DNA of 64,000 nucleotides from assembly GCA_965205015.1 (NCBI GenBank), contig OZ242029.1, positions 3,104,001-3,168,000 of the forward strand, given 5' to 3'. The translations under genes were made by a program, and so were the position numbers. A model generated the notes under the pieces. That model was not told the origin of the DNA, did no database searches, and saw only the letters and a list, made by a program, of their open reading frames with translations. The DNA is from Candidatus Poribacteria bacterium (GTDB taxonomy: Bacteria > Poribacteria > WGA-4E > WGA-3G). Below are positions 29,488-39,727 of this stretch, in pieces; position 1 is the stretch's first letter; each line of letters begins with the position of its first letter.

Positions 29488-30993
29488 CTATAACTGGTAA
29501 TTCAGGGCGCGCAGCGCAGGATATATCTGTTCGTATGCTTTCAATTTCTCATCGTAACGCTGCGTGAATTCCTCACGTGGATAATATACATCGCGTGGTG
29601 TGACCAACTGCTCAACCGCTGTTTCAATGGAAGCGTACTTGCCGATGGCTGTGCCGGAAAGGATAGCAGTGCCGAGGCAGACACCCTCCGATATATCAAG
29701 GGCGATCACCTTTTTCCCAAACATATCCGCTTTGAGTTGGAGCCATTTTTCAGATTTCGCGCCGCCACCGATAGCACGCACCTCGTTTATCACAACTCCG
29801 GCGTCTTGAAGCATCGCGAGGTTCTGTTTAATTTCGTAGCTAATGCCTTCGAGAATCCCTTTGATGAGCTCACCTTTCGTCGTCGAAAGCGTTAATCCGA
29901 CAATTGCCCCCTTCGATTCGAGATCGAGATGAGGCGTGCCTGAACCCGTGAAGTGTGGCAGCACCATGGCTGTCCCAGGCGCATCGGGGAGTGCCTCCAT
30001 CAGTAAATCGTAGACATCGCGTCCTTCTGCGTCTGCTTGCGCGACCTCTGCTTGGGCGAGGGTGTCTCTAAACCACCGAAGCACAACGCCACCACTGGAG
30101 ACAAACCCCAGTGTGACATACAACCCCTCAACAACATGGGGGTAACAGGCGAAATTCCCGTCTATCATATCTTGGTTGATGACGGGTTCCGTGAAAGCGG
30201 GTGCGATACATTCAACAGTGCCGGTTGCGTCCATCACCTCGCCGCTCCGAATAATCCCGGCACCTAAGGCACCGCACGGCTGATCATGTCCACCCGTAAC
30301 GCATACCACGCCTTGCGGTAGACCGAGTTCATCTGCGACCTTCGCGCTGACCTCACCGATCGGTGTGCCTGAGGGTGCGGCGTCTGGAAAAACTGCCGCA
30401 TCTACATTCGCCAGACCGAGCATTTTTTCCGACCAAGTTTTGTTGATAATGTCGAATGCCATCGTGCGTGCCGCGAGGGAGTAGTCTACCACAGGCGAGA
30501 CACCGAGTTTAAAATAGACGAAATCTTCAAAGCCGAGGAATTTCCATACCTGTCGATAGAGGTCGGGTTGATGCTGTTGCATCCAGATGAGTTTCGCCAA
30601 GGTATGAATATCACTCATCGGCATTCCGGTGATTTGCATCACCTCTAACGGCGTTATCTGTTCCTTCAACCTATCGCAGATGCCGGTTGTCCGAGCATCG
30701 AAAGTGGTAATGGCGTTCGCTAAAATCTGACCATCGGCGGATACCGGCGTTACGGCTTCACCTTGTGACGCGACACTGATTGCCTCAATTGGATCGGATT
30801 TCGTTTGTGATGCAACCTGTTGAATGCCAGTGGCTATGTTTTCCCAGACGACGGTCGCGTCGAGTTCCGACCAGCCGGGTTGCGGATGGATCAACGGATA
30901 CTCGCCATACGCCTGTGCGAGCGTCGTTCCATCCTCGCGGAAGGCGATAACCTTACACCCCGTTGTTCCAACATCTATACCCAAAAGACTCAT
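29488..30993 (-). CDS. FGGY carbohydrate kinase (xylulokinase-like)
   Basis: GIDVGTTGCK, GGHDQ, GGGAKS. Confidence 0.93.
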   Translation of the reverse strand: MSLLGIDVGTTGCKVIAFREDGTTLAQAYGEYPLIHPQPGWSELDATVVWENIATGIQQVASQTKSDPIEAISVASQGEAVTPVSADGQILANAITTFDARTTGICDRLKEQITPLEVMQITGMPMSDIHTLAKLIWMQQHQPDLYRQVWKFLGFEDFVYFKLGVSPVVDYSLAARTMAFDIINKTWSEKMLGLANVDAAVFPDAAPSGTPIGEVSAKVADELGLPQGVVCVTGGHDQPCGALGAGIIRSGEVMDATGTVECIAPAFTEPVINQDMIDGNFACYPHVVEGLYVTLGFVSSGGVVLRWFRDTLAQAEVAQADAEGRDVYDLLMEALPDAPGTAMVLPHFTGSGTPHLDLESKGAIVGLTLSTTKGELIKGILEGISYEIKQNLAMLQDAGVVINEVRAIGGGAKSEKWLQLKADMFGKKVIALDISEGVCLGTAILSGTAIGKYASIETAVEQLVTPRDVYYPREEFTQRYDEKLKAYEQIYPALRALNYQL

Positions 30994-31504
30994 TGATTCC
31001 TTTTCTCCTTGATACGAGATGTGACTATCATACAATAGATTGCAGATTAATGCAAGCATTTGTTGTCGGTTGGCTGTTGGAAACTATAGCGATATGAAAA
31101 TTTCACAGTAAGCGTTTGGAAAAGGGGCTTTGTAACCCTTTCAAAACATAGGTGTGGTGTGGGGTTAGAGCCGTTTGGGGCGTATTACATTTTTGGGTGT
31201 TTACTGTGAAATTTTAAAATTGGGACTCGATTCTATCGCCTGAAAACCCAGTCATAGTGTGGGTTTAGAGCCACTTTGGGAATTTCGTGATTTTTGGGTT
31301 TACTGTGAAAATATCGTTTTGTTGAAATAGATATAGCATGTTGGTAAATTATGACGTTAAAATGTTTAACATTTTTCTGAATGTTCTTGCTGGAGTGAAG
31401 CCTGACTGTGATTTTTGTGATTTTTGTGATTTACAGGATTATAGATGTATCTTGATTGGGGTTGTTCATCTATTAAATGAACATCCAAGAGTTGGCGCGG
31501 TTAG

Positions 31505-31700
31505 ATGAAGATTAAGAATTTAATTCGGTAATATGTGGGCAGGCACAAGACCTGCCCCTACAATGATATGTGGGCAGGCACAAGACCTGCCCCTACAATA
31601 ATATGTGGGCAGGCACAAGACCTGGGGAAACACCCAAGCAAAAACCCCCTACAATGTCTTTTTTGGGATAGGATTACCGAAATATTTATTTAAACTTCAT
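31505..31700. mobile_element. ATGAAG MITE with three tandem REP copies, inserted in a REP hairpin
   Basis: GGCGCGGTTAG-[ATGAAG..CTTCAT]-GAAACCTCGCC. Confidence 0.85.
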
Positions 31701-31780
31701 GAAACCTCGCCAGCGGCGGCGCGGGGTTTTGTGTTTTAGAGCGTGTTCACTTATTTCAGGGTTTTACTATAAAAAGCAAG

Positions 31781-31810
31781 TTGACAAAATACACGGTTTT
31801 AAAGTAAAAT
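31781..31810 (+). promoter_or_regulatory. Sigma-70-type promoter
   Basis: TTGACA-18-TAAAAT. Confidence 0.55.
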
Positions 31811-31873
31811 TTAGGATAACGAACAGTTTATGGCACGCACGTGAAACATCCAATAGCGATAAGGAGTTTGAAC

Positions 31874-32656
31874 ATGCTAACGCAAGAACAGGTCGAATTT
31901 TACCATGAGAACGGGTACCTTAAGGTAGACCAACTCTTCACACCCGCGGAAACGAAAGAGTTGGCATCCGAGATGGTACGGATTATCAACAATTGGGGAC
32001 AAGAGACGATCGGATGGCCCGGACCTTGGCGGACACGCTACCTCAAGGACGAGGACCAGCAGACGACGAAAGCCGTCTTTATGCACAATCCCCATTTTTA
32101 CTCCGCCGCATGGGGTCGGGTGATTTTCCACGAACGGCTGACGGGCGCGGTGCAATCGCTCATCGGTGATACCATTCAATGGCACCATACGGTGTTACAC
32201 GCGAAACCACCGGAAAAAGGGACGCCGTTCCCGATGCACCAGGATTATCCGTTCTATCCACACGATGGACTCGACTTCGTTGATTGCCTCGTCCATCTGG
32301 ATGATGCCCCGTTTGAGAGTGGGGCGCTGCGGGTTGTCCCCGGTAGTCATACGGAGGGACCCCGGGAACACATCACGGGTGAAGGAACGGCACCGCATCT
32401 GCCGACTGATAAATTCCACCCGGATTTCATTGATTCGATCCCGATTCCGGCGGTGGCTGGGGATGTTATTTTCTTCAGTTATTGCTTGATCCATTGGTCT
32501 GAAGTCAATCGGACGGATCAGTGGCGGAAAGCCGTTCGGTTCGGATACCACAAGCCTGAAATGCGACCCGTCGGCCGCGATCCGCAAGAGCCTTACAACA
32601 ACATTATGGCGGGCGGGTTCAAATTGAATCCGGCTTCGGAAGAAATAATGGCTTAG
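31874..32656 (+). CDS. Phytanoyl-CoA dioxygenase (PhyH) family
   Basis: FYHENGYL, HQD, LRVVPGSH, GDVIFF..IHWS..R; AAGGAG RBS. Confidence 0.93.
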   Translation: MLTQEQVEFYHENGYLKVDQLFTPAETKELASEMVRIINNWGQETIGWPGPWRTRYLKDEDQQTTKAVFMHNPHFYSAAWGRVIFHERLTGAVQSLIGDTIQWHHTVLHAKPPEKGTPFPMHQDYPFYPHDGLDFVDCLVHLDDAPFESGALRVVPGSHTEGPREHITGEGTAPHLPTDKFHPDFIDSIPIPAVAGDVIFFSYCLIHWSEVNRTDQWRKAVRFGYHKPEMRPVGRDPQEPYNNIMAGGFKLNPASEEIMA

Positions 32657-32668
32657 TGGGAATAGCGA

Positions 32669-32780
32669 GTGGGCAGGCACAAGGCCTGCCCCTACAGTGT
32701 TGGCAAGGAGGCAGTTGCTATCTGATGGGCGGGTACTGATGGGCAGGTACAAGACCTGCCCCTACAGTGTTGGCAAGGAA
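32669..32780 (-). repeat. Two GTAG-type REP copies
   Basis: GGGCAGGCACAAGGCCTGCCCCTAC-AGTGTTGGCAAGGA twice, with small differences. Confidence 0.8.
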
Positions 32781-32782
32781 CT

Positions 32783-34597
32783 ATGACGCGTATTTTCCCA
32801 AAACTCCTTTTATCTATTGTTACCATAGGTATATGTGTAATCTTCGCAGGGCGGACTGCTGCCCAAATGCCGTCACTCGCTGAACAGATATTTCAGAAAT
32901 ACCAAAGGGACCTGCTCAGTGAGGACGTTCAAGCCGTCCTACCCGAAGTCCTTGTCGAACTGAAAAAAACCGAGAATCAAGATATTTTAACACCTGTTCT
33001 GATTGAGGCTGTTCTCGAAAACCCTGATCTCCTCAAAAGGATCATTCCAGCGATCAGCGATGAATTCATAACGTTACTAAAACAACAGGACTCCGACATC
33101 CGAATCTTATTCAGCGATCCAGATTTTCAAACCTTACTTCAAATGCCAGAAGCGATTGATGCGTTCGCTCGTCTCATTGAACCTGCCGAACCCTCTCTCG
33201 CAACCCAGATCTTTGAAAGGTACGAACGCTTCTTTCAACGCCAAGACATGCGGGAATTGCTCCCTGATTTCCTTACAGCACTTAAGCACCCAGACAGACA
33301 GGCACTCCTACGACCCACACTGATAAAACTGGTAACTGAAGATCCGGATTTATTGAAAGTCATTGCCCCAGAAATTGATGATAGATTCATAATACTCCTC
33401 AAGGCGGACCCTGAAGTCAATATCTTCATTAAGGATCCAGATCTGCATGTATTGCTCCAGGATCCTGATGGGATCAACGAGCTCATTGTGTTGTTGGACC
33501 TCGAAACGCTGGCAATCGTACGGATCGTGCCTGCCTCAATCGAGTCGCTCAATGTTGGAGATCCGTTTTCTGTTGCTGTTGTCATCGACAATGCGCGTAA
33601 TGTCCGGGGTTATCAGTTATCGGTCCAATTCGACCCGGAGGCGCTTCGCTACGTTTCGTGGCAGCAGGGAACCTATCTCTCCGGTGATGTCTTTGCTGCG
33701 CCTGCAACTGTTGAATCGGATCGGATATTCTTCGTCGTGACAGCCCCGACAAAATCGGCGAATACACAGGGGTTGCTCCTGGCGATAACGTTTGAAGTAG
33801 TTGCTGCAAAAGCGTCAATATTGTCCCTGAGTGATGTTATACTCGTGGGCGATGGGCGGATAGCGTTGCCTGTGACGACCGAAGATAGTCAGATAGCTAA
33901 ACCGATGCTTGTGGCAACTGAAGATAGCGTTGAACCGATGCCTGAGGGACCTGAGGCGGATGAGGCAGTTGCGCCGATGCCCGTGGAAACCGAAGGGCGT
34001 GAGATAGTTGAACCGATACCAGAAGAAACCGAAGGTAAAGTCGAACCGATGCCTGACGGAACTGAGGAGGGTGAGGTCGTTGAACCTACGCCCGTGGAAA
34101 CCGAAGGTAAAATCGAACCGGTGCCTGAGGGGACTGAGGCGGGCGTTGAGCCTGTGTCTGGGGAAACTGAAGATAGTGAGGTCGTTGAACCCACATCTGA
34201 GGAAACTACAGATGGTGAAACAGTCGAACCGGTGCCTGAGGGAACTGAGGCGGGAGTTGAGCCTGTGTCTGGGGAAACTGAAGATAGTGAGGTCGTTGAA
34301 CCGATGCCCGTAGAAACTGAAGATAGTGCGGTCGTTGAATCCACATCTGAGGAAACTAAAGATGGTGAAACAGTCGAACCGGTGCCTGAGGGGACTGAGA
34401 CTGAAGTTGAACGCTCGACACCGGCGTGGGACATCAACGAAGATCGTTTCGTCAACATCTTAGATCTTGTGTTAGTGAGATTAGATTTCGGACAGGAGGG
34501 ACCTACACCTGCCGATGTTAATGGGGATAACGTAGTAAATATCTTAGACTTGACGCTGGTTGCGAGTCATCTCGGTGAATACGACGAACAACCCTGA
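32783..34597 (+). CDS. Secreted protein: duplicated helical domain, cohesin-like domain, acidic repeat linker, dockerin-like domain
   Basis: Signal peptide; SLAEQIFQKY/SLATQIFERY repeat; GYQLSVQFDPEAL; WDINEDRFVNILDLV..ADVNGDNVVNILDL. Confidence 0.8.
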   Translation: MTRIFPKLLLSIVTIGICVIFAGRTAAQMPSLAEQIFQKYQRDLLSEDVQAVLPEVLVELKKTENQDILTPVLIEAVLENPDLLKRIIPAISDEFITLLKQQDSDIRILFSDPDFQTLLQMPEAIDAFARLIEPAEPSLATQIFERYERFFQRQDMRELLPDFLTALKHPDRQALLRPTLIKLVTEDPDLLKVIAPEIDDRFIILLKADPEVNIFIKDPDLHVLLQDPDGINELIVLLDLETLAIVRIVPASIESLNVGDPFSVAVVIDNARNVRGYQLSVQFDPEALRYVSWQQGTYLSGDVFAAPATVESDRIFFVVTAPTKSANTQGLLLAITFEVVAAKASILSLSDVILVGDGRIALPVTTEDSQIAKPMLVATEDSVEPMPEGPEADEAVAPMPVETEGREIVEPIPEETEGKVEPMPDGTEEGEVVEPTPVETEGKIEPVPEGTEAGVEPVSGETEDSEVVEPTSEETTDGETVEPVPEGTEAGVEPVSGETEDSEVVEPMPVETEDSAVVESTSEETKDGETVEPVPEGTETEVERSTPAWDINEDRFVNILDLVLVRLDFGQEGPTPADVNGDNVVNILDLTLVASHLGEYDEQP

Positions 34598-34645
34598 AAA
34601 GAGAAAATTATAGGGGCGGTTAGAAAACCACCCCTTTCAAAACCG

Positions 34646-35473
34646 TCAACGCCGTTTGAGGTTGCCCCAGGTGGTTGACAGTTTACCTCCCGGTTGAACC
34701 GCCAATCCTCCGATTGTGTTCATAGCGAGATTCATCTCATCAATGCTAATCACACGATCCCATATAAAGACTTCAGCGATAACTGCATTTAACCACTGTC
34801 CATCTTCACGGTGTGCGATGAACACAGGACGATCCCCTGCTTCACACGGACCGTTGCCGTTATCCCCTGCTTGCGCGACTGGACCTTTGGCACCGTCTAC
34901 GTAAACGCGCACGCCCTCGCCCAACAAAAATGTGCCGCATTGGTGGATCCACTTGCCTTGGGGTGCAGTGCCAGCGGTGCTCGGCTCTGAAACCCCTGCG
35001 CCGGGACACGTCCAAACCGACATTCCCGCACCGAAGTTGTCATAGATGTAGAGCGCGAACTCCCACTGTCCACCCGCACCTTTCATCACGATAGGTTGGC
35101 GGGTCTGTCCATGTGCATCTGTCCCAACCTTTAGCGGTTTCACCCAGGCGCAGATCGTAATCCCTTTCTTATCATCAAAATGCGAATCGATGTCCTCGCC
35201 CTGACCTGACATGTCAATCTTGACGTAGGTTTCCTTGCCATCAAACTCCAGGGCTTTTGAGATATCGTTGTGCTTGGCATCCACCGATTTTGGTGCGGAT
35301 TTACTCAGTTCTGTATCAAAGGCATGGGGTCCGTGGTCGGTGACCACTTGACCTGTTCCTTCGTTCAGCGGTAGATACATCCAAAGCCCATCTTCAATAT
35401 CCGCAGCATTCGCAAGAAAAGTTGGCACAGAAAACAGTGCTATTAATATCATAGAAAGTATAACCTGACGCAT
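34646..35473 (-). CDS. Secreted LamG-like jellyroll protein with C-terminal AVQPGGKLSTTWGNLK tail
   Basis: Signal peptide, YLPLNEGTG, ALEFDG, TICAWVK, IAEVFIWDR. Confidence 0.85.
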   Translation of the reverse strand: MRQVILSMILIALFSVPTFLANAADIEDGLWMYLPLNEGTGQVVTDHGPHAFDTELSKSAPKSVDAKHNDISKALEFDGKETYVKIDMSGQGEDIDSHFDDKKGITICAWVKPLKVGTDAHGQTRQPIVMKGAGGQWEFALYIYDNFGAGMSVWTCPGAGVSEPSTAGTAPQGKWIHQCGTFLLGEGVRVYVDGAKGPVAQAGDNGNGPCEAGDRPVFIAHREDGQWLNAVIAEVFIWDRVISIDEMNLAMNTIGGLAVQPGGKLSTTWGNLKRR

Positions 35474-35526
35474 TTTTTCCTCCTTTGGAATTCAATTAAG
35501 TGGTTCTTTACAAAATCCTTTGTGAG

Positions 35527-36330
35527 TTACTTTTGACGCGCCACACGCGCCGTGGCAACCCGCAAGAGATTTTGTGTCTCAATGGCATTTGGATTTAGTT
35601 GTAAAGTTCTTTCAAAAGCCTGGATGGCTTCTGGATACGCTTCTGTTTTTGTATAGCAGACACCGAGTTCATGGTACGCCGTAGCGTTTGTGGGGTAGAT
35701 TTGCGTGACTGTAGTAAAGACCTCTACCGCACGGTTGAACCGTTCTGTTTCTCGATAGACGTAACCCAGCTGCATGAGTGCCTCGAGGAAGGCAGGTTGC
35801 CGAGTTATCGCCTTTTCAAGGGCACCGATGGCTTCAGGGAACATGCCTTTATGCCTATAAGCGAGACCGATCCCATAGTGTGCATAGACGAGTGTAGCAT
35901 CACGCGTAAGTGCTTTCTGGTACTCAGCGATCGCCTCATCGAGCCGTCCTGCGAGTCCGTAAGTTCTGCCCAAATCAACATAAGCCTCTGCCATGTCGGG
36001 TCGTAACTGAATAACACGCTTGTACGCGACAGTCGCCTCCGCGAGTTTCCCCTGCATCACATACACTGTACCTAAGTTATGATGCGCCTCAATTAATGTT
36101 GGTTTGATCTCAATAGCCCGTTGATAAGCCGCCACTGCCTCTTGCAGTCTGCCGGCACGTTGGTAAGCGGTTCCGCTGTTATTGTAGTCCTGCGCAGAGG
36201 GTGAAACCGATGCCTTCGCGGAGGTCGTAGCAGTCGGTTTTTTTTCAGTGGAAATCTTTTGGTTGTCTTGACATCCGATGGTTAACCCGAAGCTTAGCAG
36301 AAAGAGGCATCCGTACATCCATGTTTTCAT
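35527..36330 (-). CDS. TPR repeat lipoprotein
   Basis: LTIGC lipobox, about 6 TPR motifs. Confidence 0.9.
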   Translation of the reverse strand: MKTWMYGCLFLLSFGLTIGCQDNQKISTEKKPTATTSAKASVSPSAQDYNNSGTAYQRAGRLQEAVAAYQRAIEIKPTLIEAHHNLGTVYVMQGKLAEATVAYKRVIQLRPDMAEAYVDLGRTYGLAGRLDEAIAEYQKALTRDATLVYAHYGIGLAYRHKGMFPEAIGALEKAITRQPAFLEALMQLGYVYRETERFNRAVEVFTTVTQIYPTNATAYHELGVCYTKTEAYPEAIQAFERTLQLNPNAIETQNLLRVATARVARQK

Positions 36331-37988
36331 TTTTTCGCCCCTCCTTCGACTATTTCTATGCGTTGATTCACCTCAAGTTCTACATACTGATCGATCTCAC
36401 CAGAGGGCCATAGGATTTCAAGTTGCGTAACCCTTTCGTTTTTCCCCACTCCGAAAGTCACTGTTATTTCACTTTGGGAACAGTAACTACCGCCGGTACG
36501 GACGATTTGTTGTTGAACGCTATCCCCCAAAGTTAACCGAACACGCGTCCCGATTCCATCGCGATTACTACGGGTCCCCAAAACCCTCACCTGCAGATAA
36601 TTAGAGGGAGGTTCGCTATCGTTACGGAGGAGCCGTATGCCCCCGTAATCTTTGGTAACGCCGTTATCGCTTACGAGCAGGTCCAAATCACCGTCATTAT
36701 CGTAATCGCCGTAGGCACACCCGCGCCCAACCCCTATGTGGTCGAGTCCGGTTGTCTTGGCGATGTCTCGAAACGTTCCATCTCTCTGATTTCGGAAGAG
36801 CGAAGGGGGTTGTGCGTAAGGCGTATGCTGCTGATAGCGCAGCACCTCCGGCTCAATGTGTCCATTAGTGCAAAACAGGTCGAGTGCTCCATCCAAATCG
36901 CAATCGAAAAACAGGGTCCCAAACGTCAAAGAACGGTAGCTTGGCTTCCCAATACCTGCTCTATCGGTTCTATCGGTAAAGTAAGCCGCACCCGGTTCAG
37001 CATAGAAAAATCCTGTTTTCTCATTGCTAAAATTACCGATAACGATTGCAGTCCCGCCATTGTTATAGACATCCGCTGCGTCAATCCCCATACTGCCGCG
37101 CGCTTTCCCTGTTTCACTGAAAGCGATCCCCATCAGCACGGCTTCGTCGGTAAAGGTGCTGTCCCCGTTATTGCGATACAAAAAATTAGGCTCGGTATCG
37201 TTCGCGACGGCAAGGTCGATCCATCCGTCGTGATTGTAATCGAGAAGGGTTACACCGAGCGACTTCCCCTTTGGATTGTACAGTCCTGCTTGTGAGGTCA
37301 TATCGGTGAACGTGCCGCTGCCTTGGTTACGGTAGAAACGACAGGATTGGCCCGGGTAGACAGTAGGTGTACAATAGGTCGGGTATTGTTTCTCGCCGAC
37401 CGGATTTACTGTACACGGGACATCTGTTTCAGGTGTCCATTCAACGTAGTTGCAAACAAACAGATCCAACCAACCGTCTCTGTCAGCATCGAAGAAAACT
37501 GCGCTTGTTGACCAATCGGAGCCGCCAACCTTTGCAAATTCGGTGGCATCTGTGAAAGTGTTGTCGCCGTTATTGCGAAAGAGTCGATTTGCACCTACAT
37601 TGGTAAAGTAGATATCGAGATCGGCATCGTTATCGTAATCAGCAGCGGCTATGCCCATACCGTACATCGGCACGTCGAGTCCTGCTGCCTCAGTGACATC
37701 AACAAACTGTCCGTTCCCGGCGTTTCGGTAGAGTTTCGGGGTATCCGTTGGACCTGCAGGTGTCAAACTCGTCCCGTTTGCGAGCAGGATGTCCAAATGA
37801 CCATCTGCATCGTAGTCCAAAAACGCGCAGCCTGCGCCCATGGTCTCAGGCATATACCGTTCACCGGTTGCTCCAGTGAAATGTCGGAATTCGATACTGG
37901 CTGCCTCAGTGACATCCGTAAATTTTACATCTGCTTCCAGAGGGATACATAAACAGACAAGAACGCACGAGACAACAAAAGTCTGCAT
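36327..37988 (-). CDS. CRTAC1/ASPIC-UnbV family FG-GAP repeat protein
   Basis: Repeated DYDxDGxLD motifs; C-terminal NRDGIGTRV..GGSYCSQS..WPSG. Confidence 0.92.
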   Translation of the reverse strand: MQTFVVSCVLVCLCIPLEADVKFTDVTEAASIEFRHFTGATGERYMPETMGAGCAFLDYDADGHLDILLANGTSLTPAGPTDTPKLYRNAGNGQFVDVTEAAGLDVPMYGMGIAAADYDNDADLDIYFTNVGANRLFRNNGDNTFTDATEFAKVGGSDWSTSAVFFDADRDGWLDLFVCNYVEWTPETDVPCTVNPVGEKQYPTYCTPTVYPGQSCRFYRNQGSGTFTDMTSQAGLYNPKGKSLGVTLLDYNHDGWIDLAVANDTEPNFLYRNNGDSTFTDEAVLMGIAFSETGKARGSMGIDAADVYNNGGTAIVIGNFSNEKTGFFYAEPGAAYFTDRTDRAGIGKPSYRSLTFGTLFFDCDLDGALDLFCTNGHIEPEVLRYQQHTPYAQPPSLFRNQRDGTFRDIAKTTGLDHIGVGRGCAYGDYDNDGDLDLLVSDNGVTKDYGGIRLLRNDSEPPSNYLQVRVLGTRSNRDGIGTRVRLTLGDSVQQQIVRTGGSYCSQSEITVTFGVGKNERVTQLEILWPSGEIDQYVELEVNQRIEIVEGGAKK

Positions 37989-38013
37989 GTTGGTTGTGTT
38001 TTCTTAACAGGGA

Positions 38014-39006
38014 TTAGGCTTTGTAAAATTCAACCGTTGTCCCTGCCATATCTTCCACTTTTTCTATCAATACCTGTCGTTCGTCATCGTCCATGCCTGT
38101 AAAGGTCTTCGCGATGTCAATTTTTTCTTGCATCTGTGTGGCATCGTCTGGACCGGTAACGAGTGTACTCACAGGCAGCGCCCAGACGAACCGGATCGCT
38201 TCAGAGACACTGACACGATTTGGGACAACTTTCGGGTTCACCCCGTGTTTGCCGTGCCGCGAACCGCCGAAAAAACCACCGTTCGCTAACGCCTTCATTC
38301 CGATCACACCAATATTTCGTTCAATGAGCGTCGGCACGACTCTCTCAATGAAACTCTCGTAACTGACATCGACGAGATTCATTGCTAATTGACAGGTGTC
38401 AAAAATATCGGTTTGTTCCAAGACGCGTTCATGCGCGGTTGGACTTACATGTCCAGTGAACCCGATATAGCGAGTCTTGCCAGTCGCCTTTGCTTCCAAC
38501 ATAACGTCAAGGATGCCGTTTTCAATCCGCTCATCAACATCGGCAGGATTCTGCACAGAGTGCATCTGCCAGAGGTCAAGTTGGTCGGTATTCAAGCGTG
38601 TGAGTGAACTTTCAAGGTGTTCCCATGCTTTCGTTGCGGTTCGCGCTGTTGTCTTTGTCATAAGAAACACATCATCGCGATATTTTGGGACCAGCAGTTT
38701 TCCGAGGCGGCTCTCGCTTCCCCCCGCTTGATAGGATTCAGCACTATCAAAGAAGCGCACGCCGCCTTCCAGAGCTGTCTCAATCGTTTTTTGGGCTTCT
38801 GATTCGCTCATTTCCCCGATATGCCACCCACCTACACCGAGCATCGTTACGGCTTCTCCGGTGCGTCCAAACCTCCGGGTCGGTAAGAGGTTACCCAAGC
38901 GATCACTCGCAGTTCCTTCTTCACCACCCTCTGCACATGAAGATGACAAGAGGACGCCTGTTGTCAAACTTGCCATTGATTTTAGAAATGCACGTCGGTC
39001 AATCAT
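38014..39006 (-). CDS. Aldo/keto reductase with Tat signal
   Basis: DRRAFLK, FFDSAESY, DLWQMH, GKTRYIGFTGH. Confidence 0.92.
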   Translation of the reverse strand: MIDRRAFLKSMASLTTGVLLSSSCAEGGEEGTASDRLGNLLPTRRFGRTGEAVTMLGVGGWHIGEMSESEAQKTIETALEGGVRFFDSAESYQAGGSESRLGKLLVPKYRDDVFLMTKTTARTATKAWEHLESSLTRLNTDQLDLWQMHSVQNPADVDERIENGILDVMLEAKATGKTRYIGFTGHVSPTAHERVLEQTDIFDTCQLAMNLVDVSYESFIERVVPTLIERNIGVIGMKALANGGFFGGSRHGKHGVNPKVVPNRVSVSEAIRFVWALPVSTLVTGPDDATQMQEKIDIAKTFTGMDDDERQVLIEKVEDMAGTTVEFYKA

Positions 39007-39141
39007 GGTTCATACCTCCGTTGTTTTCTTGTAAACATTTTAAATCAGTTCTGAATTTTTGTCAACTCTTTTTCAATTAGCGGTCAGCAGTCAGCAATTA
39101 GCCATTGATCGTTGGTGGTCAGGAATTATAGTAAGTCCCAC

Positions 39142-39343
39142 AATTACGTGGACATTGGGGCGAGGTTAGAAACCTCGCCAGCGGGCTGCAGGATGGTGTA
39201 ATTACGTGGACATTGGGGCGAGGTTAGAAACCTCGCCAGCGGGCTGCAGGATGGTGTAATTACGTGGACATTGGGGCGAGGTTAGAAACCTCGCCAGCGG
39301 GCTGCAGGATGGTGTAATTACGTGGACATTGGGGCGCGGTTAG
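39142..39343. repeat. 58-bp tandem repeat x3.5 containing a REP-like hairpin
   Basis: Units start at 39142, 39200, 39258 and 39316; hairpin GGCGAGGTTAGAAACCTCGCC. Confidence 0.95.
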
Positions 39344-39440
39344 ATGAAGATTAAGGATTTAATTCGGTAATATGTGGGCAGGCACAAGACCTGCCCCTAC
39401 AATGCCAAAATTGAGGTGATATTCCCGAAGAAAGCGCATT

Positions 39441-39497
39441 TTAACCATCAACTCGGGTTTCCTTTGAATATTGTATCGGAGGCGAGTTGATGGTTAA
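39441..39497. repeat. TTAACCATCAACTCG palindromic mini-element (identical at 50168-50224; variants at 7201-7253 and 7466-7518)
   Basis: 15-bp perfect inverted repeats ending in TTAA. Confidence 0.85.
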
Positions 39498-39727
39498 CCG
39501 CAAGTCCACACGCGACTTGCGCCATTGCGCTACTACGAACCAAAGACGGCACAAAAACAGGTAAACTGCGTAAGTCCTATATAATAAGTATTGCGAGCGG
39601 GGGCTCGGTCCTACAGAAAAGGTGAATGTCAGATTTTTCCTTGATTTAAATAGTGTTGTGCGTTTATAATTAAGAGTCCAGCACAGTATGATTTTTTTAT
39701 TTTTCATACGGATACGGAATTTGCCAG

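Noticed and set aside
31505-31700. Possible mini-CRISPR of GGGCAGGCACAAGACCTG repeats
   Set aside because: Gaps are only a few nt and near-identical; these are GTAG-type REPs within a MITE
39142-39343. Possible CRISPR array
   Set aside because: Units are identical end to end with no unique spacers, and no cas genes are nearby
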